Shown: piece after piece, positions 1 through 11,174 of the stretch | Position numbering within the stretch: the stretch's first letter is position 1 | How the letters are laid out: the number at the start of each line of letters is the position of its first letter | Assembly (NCBI RefSeq): GCF_032191835.1 | Contig: NC_083231.1 | Span: forward strand, 126,232,001 to 126,296,000 | Direction of reading: 5' to 3' | Source of the DNA: Heteronotia binoei | Lineage: Eukaryota | Length of the DNA: 64,000 bases | The notes under the pieces: generated by a model | Database searches by the model: none | The model's input: the letters and a program-made list of their open reading frames with translations, nothing else | Told to the model about the DNA's origin: nothing | Translations under genes and position numbers: made by a program

Positions 1-169
1 TGGCCTGATCCAACAGGGCTTCTCTCATGTTCTTATGTGACACAGAGCGTTGGACTGGATGGGCCATTGGTCTGATCCAACATGGCTTCTCTTATGTTCT
101 TATGTGACACAGAGTGTTGGACTGGAGGGGCCACTGGCCTGATCCAACAGGGCTTCTCTTATGTTCTCA
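1..169 (+). repeat. Tandem array of the ~67-bp CR1 3'-terminal unit (at least 2.5 copies; runs off the left edge)
   Basis: Repeats of gtgacacagagtgttggactggatgggccattggcctgatccaacatggcttctcttatgttcttat; same unit as the arrays at 3309, 11175 and 15718. Confidence 0.9.
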
Positions 170-422
170 TTAAAATTAATTCTATTTGTTTTAGCCCAGT
201 TTTCCTGTCAAGGTCATCCTGTATCCTAACTCTGTCTTCTACCCTCTATTCCTTCATCCAAATCATTTATAAAGATGCTGAACAAAACAGGTCCCAGGAC
301 AGATCCCTGAGGCACTCCACTTGTTTCTGCTCTCCAAGGGGATGAGGAACCATTCACAAGCACTCTTTGGGTGTGATCTGCCAACCAGTTACAGATCCAC
401 CTAACAGTAATGGGATCAAAAC
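170..422 (-). mobile_element. CR1 LINE ORF2 (RT domain) fragment, degraded
   Basis: Near-identical to the reverse complement of the CR1 RT fragment at 48700-48990 (region encoding [24 protein letters not shown]). Confidence 0.8.
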
Positions 423-691
423 CTGTCGGAAATGATTATATAACATTATTTTTATGGTTGTTATTGTAAATACTCTATGTAAATATTTGTGAGATTCATC
501 GTTTTATTTTTAAAAGCATATTAGCCCATTTGTTACCATTTTTTTTATATTTAGCATAATATTGAGAGACTTCAGCTCCTCTCACACTGAATGGGCGAAT
601 CTGTGCTTCAGTCGTGCTGCAGAATGTGTTGCAGAGGGGAACCAACTAGCTTAATGCCTGCCCCACGCAAACTAAGAGAAACTGTAATAAT

Positions 692-870
692 CAGGGCTTT
701 TTTGTAGCAGGAACTCCTTTGTATATTAGGCCACGCCCCCTTGATGTAGCCAATCCTCCTGGAGCTTCCATTAGGCCCCGTACTAAGAGAGAGCCCTGTA
801 AGCTCTTGGAGGATTGGCTACATCAGGGTTGTGTGGTAGTTACAAATATTTGGAGCAGCTGTAGAAAGGG
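692..870. mobile_element. Partial palindromic hAT-like MITE
   Basis: Starts cagggcttttttgtagcaggaactcctttgtatattaggccac and has an internal hairpin; same family as 54896-55076. Confidence 0.75.
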
Positions 871-1064
871 CTTAGATCTCTGGAGGAGAGAGGGGTCCCT
901 CAGGTGGCTGAGGGGAAGGTCCACATTCGGAGGCCTCAGAAGGCCGGTGCGGGGGGGAGGGGCAACATCAGGGGAAGGCCTTGGCCCTCCTGGGCTAACT
1001 GGTTTGCCACTGGGTGTGGGCAAGGCTCTCCTGGCATTCCTCTTCCCTCCGCCTCCCCACTCAC

Positions 1065-1264
1065 CGCCGGGCCATGCGCTGCATGACTTGGGCCTCCTTC
1101 ATGCGCTGCAGCTCAGCCATGTAGGCCAGGATGCGGCTGTTGCAGACCAGCAGGCTCTTGGTGACCTCCAGGGCCTGCTCGCGCTGGGTGCAGGCTGGCA
1201 GCAGCTTGCAGGCTCCCTCACGCATGCGGATCTCGTGGTCTATCTTCTTCTGGATGTCCGTGCC
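1065..1264 (-). CDS. RTKN: Rhotekin exon 2 (HR1 Rho-binding domain); the gene continues beyond the left edge
   Basis: Encodes GTDIQKKIDHEIRMREGACKLLPACTQREQALEVTKSLLVCNSRILAYMAELQRMKEAQVMQRMAR, matching RTKN HR1. CAG acceptor 1267-1265, GTGAG donor at 1064, 200 nt. Confidence 0.97.
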
Positions 1265-2435
1265 CTGCGGAGGGGGGGGGGAGAAACAGAAGCAGCCACC
1301 TGGAATCTCTGGAGAGGGGGACTGGTCACTATGCAGCCAACACATATGAGAGAGAGAGACTGGGGGGGGGTTCTGTTGCTGCAAGCCCCCCTGGCAGTTC
1401 TTAACCACATCAAGAAGCAAGCAGCCATCAGGAAAGCCCTTTTCTTGCCCCCCTAATATATATACAACTACAGCTCCCTCCCAGGCCCCGGAGGGTGGTT
1501 GAGGGAGGAGGGGGAGTGACAACACCTGGGGGTTCAGTGACATGAAGGAGAACCCCCCACCACCACTGGTGCTTCCCCCCCCCCCCCGCCCTGCCATTAA
1601 GTCAAGCAAGTGCCCCGTGTCTGAGTATGGACATTGCCCCGCCCCCCTCCCCTCCCCTCTGTTGCTCAGCCTTCCATCACCCCCCCCCCCATTTTTCTGT
1701 TAAAACAACCCCCAAGGCAAGATGCAAGGCGGCAGGAGCAATTATTTAGGACACTAACTCCGAGTCTAATTTACTAAGCAAGGGCTGTAAGAATGGGAAA
1801 CCTCAGCTTTGCCCACCCACACGCAGTGCCACGTATGAGAGGGGGGCATATCCAGCATTCGCTGTGAGTATGACGCGGCAGACTGGGGGTGCAAAGGGGC
1901 CAGTGGGCCAGAGCCAGGTGAGGCCCTGCCGGTGGGCTTCCTGCCGGCCCCTGGGTTTGGGCCACTGTGAGGTGCAGAGGGGCCATGGCCTGATCCTGCA
2001 GAGTCCCCGCAGGCTGTTACGGGGGACAAAGGGCGGCCTGCAAAGAGCTCTCTCAGGGGTGCTGCCGGGGGGAGGGGAGGGGGGCTCATAGTGCAGGACA
2101 TGAGAAGGGGCAGCAACCACCCCACCCTCCCCCTGCCCACTGCACGCCAAGGAGGTGGAAGGAAAGCCAGTTCTTGGGGGGGGAGGGGTCTTTCCACTGC
2201 CTCTTGGCCCAAAAGGGTTTGCCAGGCCCAGGGGTCCCCGCCCCTCGCATGGGGTGCTGAGGGGCTCCCTCAGGGATACGAAGGGAGCCCTCTTTGCCAC
2301 GAAGGACCCCTTCCCCACCACCTGGCATGGGAGGGGAAGAGAGATGCTCATCTGTGGGTGGGGGGGGGGGGATGGCAGGATGCCCTCCTCAGCTCCTCCT
2401 CCCCCGGCGGATGCCCCGCCCAGACAGGCACTCAC

Positions 2436-2459
2436 CCTGGCAAGCTGTCCTTCCTCCAT
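2436..2459 (-). CDS. RTKN: Candidate third alternative first coding exon of RTKN (MEEGQLAR)
   Basis: ATG at 2459 has A at -3 and G at +4; donor AGG|GTGAGT; phase 0, in frame with exon 2; GC-rich promoter-like region directly upstream (2460-3010). No homology support. Confidence 0.5.
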
Positions 2460-3029
2460 GCTGCTGGCAGAGCCCCTAGGCCAGGCCCCAGCCCCAGGAG
2501 GAGGAGAGGCCAGGGCGGGTGGGTGGAAGGGGGAGGGAGGGGGCCGCCAAGGCAGCACTGCCCTCCCCCGCAAGGCTCAGCAATGGAGCGGGGCTGGGGG
2601 GGGGGGAGAGACAGCTGGCCGGCAGCTGCTGCTGCTTCGCCCGGAGGGAGAGAGGGAGGAGGAGCACCCGGGAGCCCCCAACTGGGTAGGGGGAGAGCAA
2701 AAGGGGGGGAGGCTGCCTCCCTCCCTCCCTTCCTTCCTTGCCAGCCAGCCGAGCTGGGGTGCTCCCTCCCTCCCCGCCTTCTTCAGCTCCTCCCTCCTTG
2801 CTCTTCCCTCCCCCCCCGTCTCCGAGGAGGCCACTGGCTGCTGTTGGGGGGGGGGATCCTGCCTTCCTTCCAGGGAGCTTAGCTTTGGCAGCTGCCTGGC
2901 GCCCCCCCCCCTTCTTGCGGCATTTGCCAGTTGCTGGCAGGAGAGAGAAGCCTGGCAAGAGTGGCAGGGAGGGGGCGGCCAGGAAGGAGGAGTCAGCCGA
3001 GAACCTCCGAGAAGTCCTTTTCTCCCTCT

Positions 3030-3575
3030 CTCACCATACGAGAACTCCTGGACATTCCATGAAATTACTGAGCAGTCGGATTAGAACGGATAAAAGGAAG
3101 TCCTTCTTCACCCAAAGGGTGATGAACACGTGGAATTCACTGCCACAGGAGGTGGTGGCGGCTACAAGCATAGAGGGGATTGGATAAGCATATGGAGCAG
3201 AGGTCCATCAGTGGCTCTTAGCCACAAGGTATAGATGGAACTCTTTCTCTGGGACAGGGATGCTCTGTATTGGACCTCCCGATGACACCTGGGTTTTTTG
3301 GCCTCTGTGTGACACAGAGTGTTGGACTGGATGGGCCATTGGCCAGATCCAACATGGCTTCTCTTATGTTCTCATGTGACACAGAGTGTTGGACTGGATG
3401 GGCCATTGGCCAGATCCAACATGGCTTCTCTTATGTTCTTATATGACACAGAGTGTTGGACTGGATGGGCCACTGGCCTGATCCAACAGGGCTTCTCTTA
3501 TGTTCTTATGTGACACAGAGTGTTGGACTGGATGGGCCACTGGCCTGACCCAGCAGGGCTTCTCTTATGTTCTTA
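3030..3575 (+). mobile_element. CR1 LINE 3' end (ORF2 C-terminus and 3' UTR) followed by 4 tandem copies of its 67-bp terminal unit (3309-3575)
   Basis: Translates to RIRTDKRKSFFTQRVMNTWNSLPQEVVAA, a typical CR1 ORF2 end, then UTR and repeated termini in the same orientation. Confidence 0.9.
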
Positions 3576-4077
3576 GATGGGAGGACAGAGAGAGAGGGAG
3601 AAAGAAAGCACCTTTAAATTTAAATGCATTCTCCAAAACAAGTCAGCGACTGCCTTGCCCTGGATAAGTGATTTAAAGAGAGAAATGCTTTCTCCAATAT
3701 GTGTGAAAGAGCCACATGCAGGCTACCGAGCCACAGTTTGGCCCCGCTGGCCTATTCCATCTCTGACAAGTGTCTGCCCAGCTGCTGCTTCAAGACTGCC
3801 AGTGCTGGAGACTCCCCCCTCCCTCCGTAGCGGATGCCACCGCTGAACAGCTCTGACTGTAAAAAATGTTTCCCTCATATCCAGCCAGGACCTTCCCCAA
3901 ATCCCTTTATTGGCATAGAAATAAAAAGTACAGCATAGTAAATTTACATGGAGTTTCAGCTATAAAAACCAGTCAAACATCAAGAAGGGGAGCTAGTCTT
4001 TTGCTCCCTGACTGTTATGGCAGCCAAAAGGTACTTTGCAACCAGCCTTGTGAAATGGGACCATTGGTCAGATAGCA

Positions 4078-4213
4078 CAGGGGTGGCCAACGGTAGCTCT
4101 CCAGACGTTTTTTGCCTACAACTCTCATCAGCCCCAGCCAGCATGGCCAATGGCTGGGGATGACGGGAGTTGTAGGCAAAAAACATCTGGACAGCTACCG
4201 TTGGCCACACCTG
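4078..4213. mobile_element. Palindromic hAT-type MITE, 136 bp
   Basis: Termini caggggtggccaac / gttggccacacctg; perfect 8-bp target-site duplication (TSD) agatagca at 4070-4077 and 4214-4221. Confidence 0.9.
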
Positions 4214-4967
4214 AGATAGCAGAAAAAAAACTAACTTTGCTTCAGGTAATCCATAAAAATTAGACAGAATAGGTTTGATTATGCAGTCCCTCACTCCCCA
4301 ATAAAAATCTCAATAAAGTAAGACATGGGTGACTGTTTCAAGGTGCCTTTGATTACATGGGTAGACTCTATCCTGATAAGGGCCATTGGCAAACCTCCCA
4401 GACAATACCGCTGAGGGCAGAACACTGAGTCTTGCTAACATAAAAGAGCGGTGTAACTGGGGTGAAGTACTTTCCCACCCCTAACTGAAACCCATTCTTG
4501 CAAGTCCTCTCCTCTCCAGCCCCCCCCCCCTCTAAGGGACAGCAGCCCTTCAGGGACTTATAGAGAGGAATCCTGTCCTCCCGCCCCGGCCCCTCTTCTC
4601 CAGACTGAGCGGTCCCAGCAAGTCCCTCTGCCTTTCCTCTCAGGGCTTCTTGGTCTCCAGGGTCACAAGATCTGGAGAAGGGAATCTCTGCCCAAGCCGG
4701 CCCCTCGTGCCTCGAGGCTCCAGCATGGCCACCCTTCCAAATCCCCAAGAAACCTGGTTTGTGCGCCGAGGCGGGCCCTTCCTGCGGATCCTGAGCCCCC
4801 CCCCCCCCCCCCCAGTGCCAGCAGCCAGGTCAGCACCCGCAAGGAGCCCGCCTGCACCCCCCGCCAGGGGTCTTGTGAGGACAGCCGGGAGCGCGGGCAG
4901 GAGCAGAGGCTCCCCGGAGGCAGCTGAGAGGTGGCCCAGGAGGGGGCTCTGGCGGGCGGCGGGTTAC

Positions 4968-5042
4968 CTCCAGGCTGAGGGCGATCTGGCGGATGTAGAG
5001 CATGTTGAGGTCTTCCAGGATGCGCAGCTTCTCCCGCTGCAT
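4968..5042 (-). CDS. RTKN: RTKN alternative first coding exon 1b
   Basis: MQREKLRILEDLNMLYIRQIALSLE resembles the short human RTKN isoform N-terminus (MQDRLHILEDLNMLYIRQMALSLE). GTAA donor at 4967, phase 0; lies in a CpG island (~4750-5760). Confidence 0.95.
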
Positions 5043-6248
5043 GGCGCCCGCCCGGGGAAGCCGAGGGAGGCAGGCAGGGCAGGCCGGCGCTCTCTCGCTA
5101 GCCGCCGCGCCCCGAGCCCGCCCGCCGCCCAGCCATGCTGCGCCCCGAACGCCAGCCCGCCCGCCCGCCCCAAGGGCTCCCCGCTCGGGCCGCCGCCGAC
5201 GCAGCAGCCAGCCAGCCAGCCAGCCAGGCGAGGGGAAGGGAAGGGAAGGGCCGGGCTGCCTGTGGCCGGCAGTCAGCGGATTCCGCGCCCCCGGCCCGCC
5301 TGGCCAGAGAAAGGGCCCTTTCTTCGCCGCCGCCGGGAACAAGCGGCCACTGTGCTCGGCTGCGGCTGCGGCTGCCTGGGCGGCCAGGGGGAGGCGAGCG
5401 CGGCCCGGATCCACGCAGGCAGGCAGGCAGGCAGCGGCAGGGCGGCCAGCAAACGCCCCCAGAAGCCGCCCCCTGCTGGACGCCGGCCGCCTCGCTCCGC
5501 CCCCCCCCCGCTCCCCTCCGACCCGCGCGGCCAGGCTGCCTCCCCTCCTGCTCCACCCCACGCCTCCCAATCCCCCCCCCGCCCGGGCCCCCCCCCAGCT
5601 CCCCTCCGACCCGCCTGCCCCCCCCCCCCCCCGCCGCATGGCCAGGCTGCCGCCCGCCCCACCACCCCAGCCCCAAACACAGAAGCGCCACCTGCTGCCA
5701 GGGTGGCCCAGCCAAGCAGCGGGTATGTGCCTGCCCGCTAGCGCCCCGGGCCCAGGCCGGGCACCCTCTGCCACCCACGCAGGAGAGCCTGCCCTGCTGC
5801 CGCACTCCACCGCCAGCACCACACATGGGGACTGGGGCCGCCTCTCCGCCCTGCCAGCACAAGCAACCCTACACTGCACCCCTGCCGCCTTCATCAACTC
5901 TGCACATGCTCAGAGGCCCTTCCCTGCACTGCAGCTTCATTTCCGTGCAAAAGACCTGGGCAAAGGGCAGGGGGGGGGGCAGAGAGAGCCAGGGCTGCCT
6001 GCTGAGTGCTGACCAGGCCAGCCAAATGGGGCTAGGGGGATGAAGGGAAAGGCTGTGGCCAGTGGGCCCTGCTTGCTCCTTGGCCTCCCTCCGCCATTGG
6101 CCTGGAAGCAGGAGGCCAGAGGGGGCTGGGCTGCTCAGGTGGCCAGGTCTGGGCTGGAAAACCCCGGGAGGCTTTGGGGGAGGAGCCAGGAGAGGGTGGG
6201 GTGAGGGGAGGGGCCGCAGCATGGTTCAGTGCCTTAGAGTCCACCCTT

Positions 6249-6590
6249 AGAATCACAGAGTTGGAAGGGACCTCCAGGGTCATCTAGTCCAACCCCCTGC
6301 ACAATGTAGGAAAGTCACAAACCCCTCCCCCTAAATACACAGGATCCACATTGCTGTTAGATGGCCATCTAGTCTCTGTTTCAAAACCTCCAAGGAAGGA
6401 GAGCCCACCACCTCCCAAGGAGGAAGCCTGTTCCACTGAGGGACCACTATAACGGTCAGGAAGTTCTTCCTCATGTTGAGCCGGAAATTCTTTTGATTTA
6501 ATTTCAACGCATTGGTTCTGCTCCTACCTTCTGGGGCCACAGAAAACAATTCCACCCCATCCTCTAGAGGACAGCCCTTCAAGCCCTTCC
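6249..6590 (-). mobile_element. CR1 LINE 3' fragment (second subfamily)
   Basis: ORF 6331-6690 contains ELFSVAPEGRSRTNALKLNQKNFRLNMRKNFLTV..QWNRLP..VVGSPSLEVLKQRLDGHL; 3' tail ggttggactagatgaccctggaggtcccttccaactctgtgattct. Confidence 0.9.
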
Positions 6591-6654
6591 AAGCAGCCAT
6601 TCTCTCCCCAGGGGTGCACAAAAAGGGGGTCTCAGAGTTAAGGCAGTCAAACAG

Positions 6655-6830
6655 AAAACGGCTGAAGGAACTATTTATATACTCAAACAATTATATATTT
6701 TTACAACTTAAACCAGTTCATACAAAATTCAAACCAATGTAGAGAAAAGTAATGCTGAATTTGTATACACTGCTTTAAATTGTAAAAATATATCATTGTT
6801 TGAGTATATAAATTGTTCCTTCAGCAGTTT
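6655..6830. repeat. AT-rich imperfect inverted repeat (~75-bp arms)
   Basis: aaacggctgaaggaactatttatatactcaaacaat... is reverse-complementary to ...attgtttgagtatataaattgttccttcagcagttt. Confidence 0.85.
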
Positions 6831-6964
6831 TCTCCAGGGGAGCTGATCTCTGCCAACTGGAGATCTGTTGTAAAACCGGGAGGTCTCCAGGTCCGACCTG
6901 GAGGCTGGCAACCCCACGTGCCAAGCTGAGCCGAGGCACTGAAAGCAGGTTCTTGCAATGGAGC

Positions 6965-7050
6965 CATAAGAACATAAGAACATACGAGAAGCCATGTTGG
7001 ATCAGGCCAATGGCCCATCCAGTCCAACACTCTGTGTCACACAATGGCCA
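6965..7050 (-). mobile_element. Single CR1 3'-terminal unit
   Basis: One copy of the 67-bp unit plus the start of the adjacent UTR. Confidence 0.8.
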
Positions 7051-8271
7051 AAAAAAATTATATATACACACACACACACACTGTGGCTAATAGCCACTGA
7101 TGGCCCTGGCAGAACTGGGAGTCATGGAGCTCCTGAAGGTGCCCCCCTGCCCCCAGGCCAGGAGCAAGCAGAGGAGAGATCAGAACAGAACTCTGAGTGG
7201 GGAAGGGGGGGGTCACCCAGCTCCCCTCGCCTCACACGGGTTGGGGAGGGGGATAATCTCGACCAGCAGGCACAGGCCATTTCAGGACTGCCCACAATGC
7301 CACTCTCTGCAGACAGCCAGGGGACACTGGGCCGGGGGGTGGGGAGTGCAGCCAGCCCTTGTGAGCCGCATTCCGAGGGACTGCCCCAGGCCAGTGGGCA
7401 GCCAAGGCCCCTCGGAGCCATTCCTGCGCCCAGCTCTGCCCTCCCTTCTTTGCCCAGCACAGAGATGCTGTCCTCCATGGTGGGGGTGCTGCCTTCCCCC
7501 CTCCTCCCGAGGGGAACGTGCAGCGCCTGTATCACCCTTCTGGCTTCCCCTGCTCCTCTGCTGCGGGGTGCTCGCGATCCATACAGGACCCTCTTATGCA
7601 CCACCAAGCGTGCCCCACCACGTCCAGTCCTGCTCCACTGCAGGCAATGCCCCCTGTTCTGTGAGGTCTTGCCCAAGAGCCCAGAAGCCGCTGCCTCCCC
7701 ACCCCGCCCATCAGGAACAGGAGAAGCAGACAGAGACGTGCCAGTGCAGGATCCCGACACGCCCTGCCCGAGCCTCTCCCCACCGACTTGACAGGCCTTG
7801 CCCAGCAAACACCCCAAGCTGCCTTCTCTCCTCCACTGAGATCTTCTGCCGCCCAGCCTCAGCTGGGCCACGACCAGCAGGCACAAGACATTTCAGGAAT
7901 CCCAGGGGATGGCCCCCACATCCATCCTCACTCCCTGCAGACAGCCAGGAGACACAGGAGGGAGGGGCAAGGACAATTCCACACCCTCCTCTATATGACA
8001 GCCCTCCAAGTCCTTGAAGAGGGTGATCATATCACCTCTCAGCCGCCTCCTCTCCAGGCTAAGCATGCCCAGCTCCTTCAACCTGTCCTCATAGGACTTG
8101 GTCTCCAGACCCCTCACCATCTTCGTCGCCCTCCTCTGGACCCGTTCCAGCTTGTCTATATCCTTCTTAAACTGGTGCCCAAAACTGAACCCAAGACTCC
8201 AGGTGAGGTCTTACCAGAGCAGAGTAAGGGGATACCATCAGATCACGTGATCTGGGCACTATGCTTCTATT

Positions 8272-8468
8272 CAGGGCTTTTTTGGGAGAAAAAACCCAGC
8301 AGGAACTCATTTGCATATTAGGCCACACACCCTGACATCACCTGTCACCATTGGTTCACATAGGGCTGTTCTGTAGAAAAAGCCTGGCAGGAACATATTT
8401 GCATATTAGGCCACACACCCCTGACTCCAAGCCAGTCAGAAATGCGTTCCTGCTTTAAAAAAAGCCTG
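8272..8468. mobile_element. hAT-type MITE inserted in CR1
   Basis: Termini cagggctttttt / aaaaaaagcctg; TSD cttctatt / cttctctt (7 of 8 match). Confidence 0.8.
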
Positions 8469-8541
8469 CTTCTCTTGATACAGCCCAAAATCGCATTGGC
8501 CTTTTTAGCTACTGCATCACACTATTGACTCATGTTCAGTG

Positions 8542-8706
8542 CAGGGCCGGATCTGGGGGGGGGGGGCAGAGGGGGGTGCTTGCCCCGGGCACCCGCGGAT
8601 GGGGGGGCGCCAAATTGGGTATGGAGTCCATAAGAGAGAATGGCCCATAAGGGGGCACCATTTTTTAATTTTGCCCCCCCTCAAAAAATATGTTGATCCG
8701 GTCCTG
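8542..8706. mobile_element. hAT-type MITE inserted in CR1
   Basis: Terminal inverted repeats cagggccggatc / gatccggtcctg; perfect 8-bp TSD gttcagtg at 8534-8541 and 8707-8714. Confidence 0.9.
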
Positions 8707-8826
8707 GTTCAGTGTATGGTCCACTAAGACACCTTGATCCTTTTCACACAGACTACTGTCACGTCAGGTCTCCCCGTCCGATAACTATGCATTGGATCAT
8801 ACACAGAACATTATATTTATATATTT

Positions 8827-9148
8827 GGTGGGCTCTCCTTCCTTGGAGGTTTTTAAGCAGAGGCTGGATGGCCATCTGACAGCAATGAAGATCCTGTGAA
8901 TTTAGGGGGAGGGGTTTGTGAGTTTCCTGCATTGTGCAGGGGGTTGGACTAGATGACCCTGGAGCTCCCTTCCAATTCTTCTATGATTCTAACAGGCTTC
9001 CTCCTCGGGAGGTGGTGGGCTCTCCTTCCTTGGGGTTTTTGAAGCAGAAGCTAGATGGCCATCTGACAGCACTGAGGATCCTGTGAATTTAGGGGGAGGG
9101 GTTTGTGAGTTTCCTGCATTGTGGAAGGGGTTGGACTAGATGACCCTG
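8827..9148 (+). mobile_element. Two head-to-tail CR1 3'-end copies
   Basis: Copies at ~8827-8990 and ~8992-9148, both containing ggttggactagatgaccctgg. Confidence 0.85.
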
Positions 9149-9159
9149 GTGATGACCCT

Positions 9160-9400
9160 CTTAAAATCTATTTTATTGGTTTTAGCCCAGTTTTCCAGCC
9201 TGTCAAGATCTTCCTGATTCTGTCTTCTATTGTATTTGCAACCCCTCCCAATTTAGTACCATCGGCAAATTTAATAAGCATTCCCTCTATTCCTTCATCC
9301 AAATCATTGATAAAGATGTTGAACAAAACAGGTCCCAGGACAGACCGCTGAAGCCCTCCACCTGTCACTCCTCTCCAAGAGGAGGAGGAACCATTCACAA
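9160..9400 (-). mobile_element. CR1 RT fragment
   Basis: Encodes [37 protein letters not shown]. Confidence 0.9.
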
Positions 9401-9679
9401 GGCATCCACTCGGACCCTGTTGCTGCCCCTCTCACCTGCAAGGAGGTAGCTGAAGCCTCCTTTGGCCTTGGGCAGCCCCGGGAGAGCCTGACCTCTCCCC
9501 CCCCCCCCCCCCCGCTCCCGCTTTCATCCACATCTGAACCCTTTGGTGGTCGGCTGCCACAGAAACTGTGTCCCATCTTTGGTCCCAACAGCACACCCCT
9601 CGCCCTCCTGCCCAGAAGAGCCCCCAGGTGGCCTGTGAGGGAGGGGCCAGCCCTTTCACCTGTACGCCTACAGGGAGCG

Positions 9680-9752
9680 GCTCTGGCTGCGCGGCAGAGC
9701 ATCTGCTGGGCCTGCAGAAGGTCCCAGGTTCAATCCCCGGCAGCATCTCTCC
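9680..9752 (+). mobile_element. tRNA-derived SINE head (Squam3-like)
   Basis: A-box-like tggctgcgcggcagagc and B-box ggttcaatccc; similar to 50140-50315; no intact cloverleaf. Confidence 0.65.
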
Positions 9753-10041
9753 CACTTCCACAGATGAGAGAGGACCTGACCCCCCCCCCAGATGAGAAGA
9801 GGCAAGACTCCCCCCCCCAGGCAGTTTCACAGGTGGGCTCCACAGTCACAGGGTTTGCCCAGCCCTTTGGTGTGGAACGGCGAAGCCCCCCTGAGGATAG
9901 CTCCAGAGGGGCAGCTGTGTGGGTCCCCTGAAGCAAAAGCAAAGGGAAGTCCAGTGGTGGCGAAGCCATTCGGGATAGGCTGGGGGCTCCTCTGCTCAGC
10001 TCCTCCCCCTTCCCCTAACCGGTTCTGCAGCTTTCTTTAGA

Positions 10042-10345
10042 TTGGGGTGGCCAAACTTGCTTAATATAAGAGCCACATAGAATAAACGTCTGAGATATGA
10101 ACTTCAGATGTTTGAGAAATGCAAGATAGGAAGGCAGGCAAATAAATGGGGGAGGGAGAGGTGGAAAGAAAGCAACTTTAACGTCAAATGCATTCTCAAG
10201 CCAACTGGCTTGGCTTGGAGAAGTGATATAAAGAGATAAATGCCTTCTCCAAGCAGGCCAATGGGGCAGGGGGGGGCTTCAAGAGCCCCACAATATATGT
10301 GTCAAAGAGCCACATGCGGCTCCTGGGCCAGTTTGGCCACCCCTG
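10042..10345. mobile_element. hAT-type non-autonomous DNA transposon
   Basis: Termini ggggtggccaaact / agtttggccacccctg; a partial relative lies at ~3580-3745. Confidence 0.75.
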
Positions 10346-11174
10346 ATTTGTCTTCTGGGCTGCCTTGCATCTGAGCTCTGCTTCCTGAACCCTCCTCCTG
10401 CAGGAAGCCCGCCTCCTCTCTCGAAGGCTGCTGCTGCTGAGGGGCCCCTCCATGGTGACCGGGCCCCCCCCCGTGCCATGGATGCTGGCTGGCTGGTTCC
10501 TTGGGGGCTGCTCACACTCACTCAGCCTCACAGCGGGGGACAAGAGAGTCACAGGAACCACTCTGGCCCCTGCGGGGGAGGAAGGGGGGCAGCAATGAAC
10601 CCGACGTGTAACCAGCCCTCTGTCTGCCAGGCGCTCCCAGACTCCTCTTTGTCAGAAGGGCAAGCAGCCTTCCCCAGCTCCCAGCCCACAGAAACATGGG
10701 GAGAGAGCTTGCCAGATACCCAGGGGGAGTAAAGGGAACCTCCACAGGCAGAGGCAGTCTACCTCTTGAGTCCCAGTGCCAGGAGGCAACCTCAGGGAAG
10801 GCCCAAGCCTCTCCTTCTTGGCATGACAGGGCAACTGGCTGGCCACCGTTGGACTCGATGGCCCCTCGCTTCTCGGACCCTGTGGGGCTCTCCTCATGTT
10901 CTCATGCAGGACAACCCAAAAGAGAAGAGCAGTGTCACCCTAGAGGGAGCAAAGGCTGCCTGGAAAGGGGCTCAAGATGGCCCTGGGGGGGCACCAGGAG
11001 GCAGGCACCACTATCAGCCCCACAGCTGTGGGAAAGCCGCCCTGAGCCCGCCTCGGTGGGGAGGGCAGGATATAAATGGAATAAATAAATAAAGACAAGC
11101 CAGCCATTGCTCCCCTCCCCATATGTGGACACTCTCCTCCCCCACACACCACACCTATGCAGGGAGGCCGTGCC

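Larger units (their letters stand above)
7984..8790 (-). mobile_element. CR1 LINE ORF2 fragment interrupted by two MITEs
   Basis: Encodes [35 protein letters not shown]; the CR1 sequence resumes after each insertion. Confidence 0.9.

Noticed and set aside
9680-9752. tRNA gene
   Set aside because: A- and B-box remnants only, no cloverleaf; it matches the SINE head at 50140.
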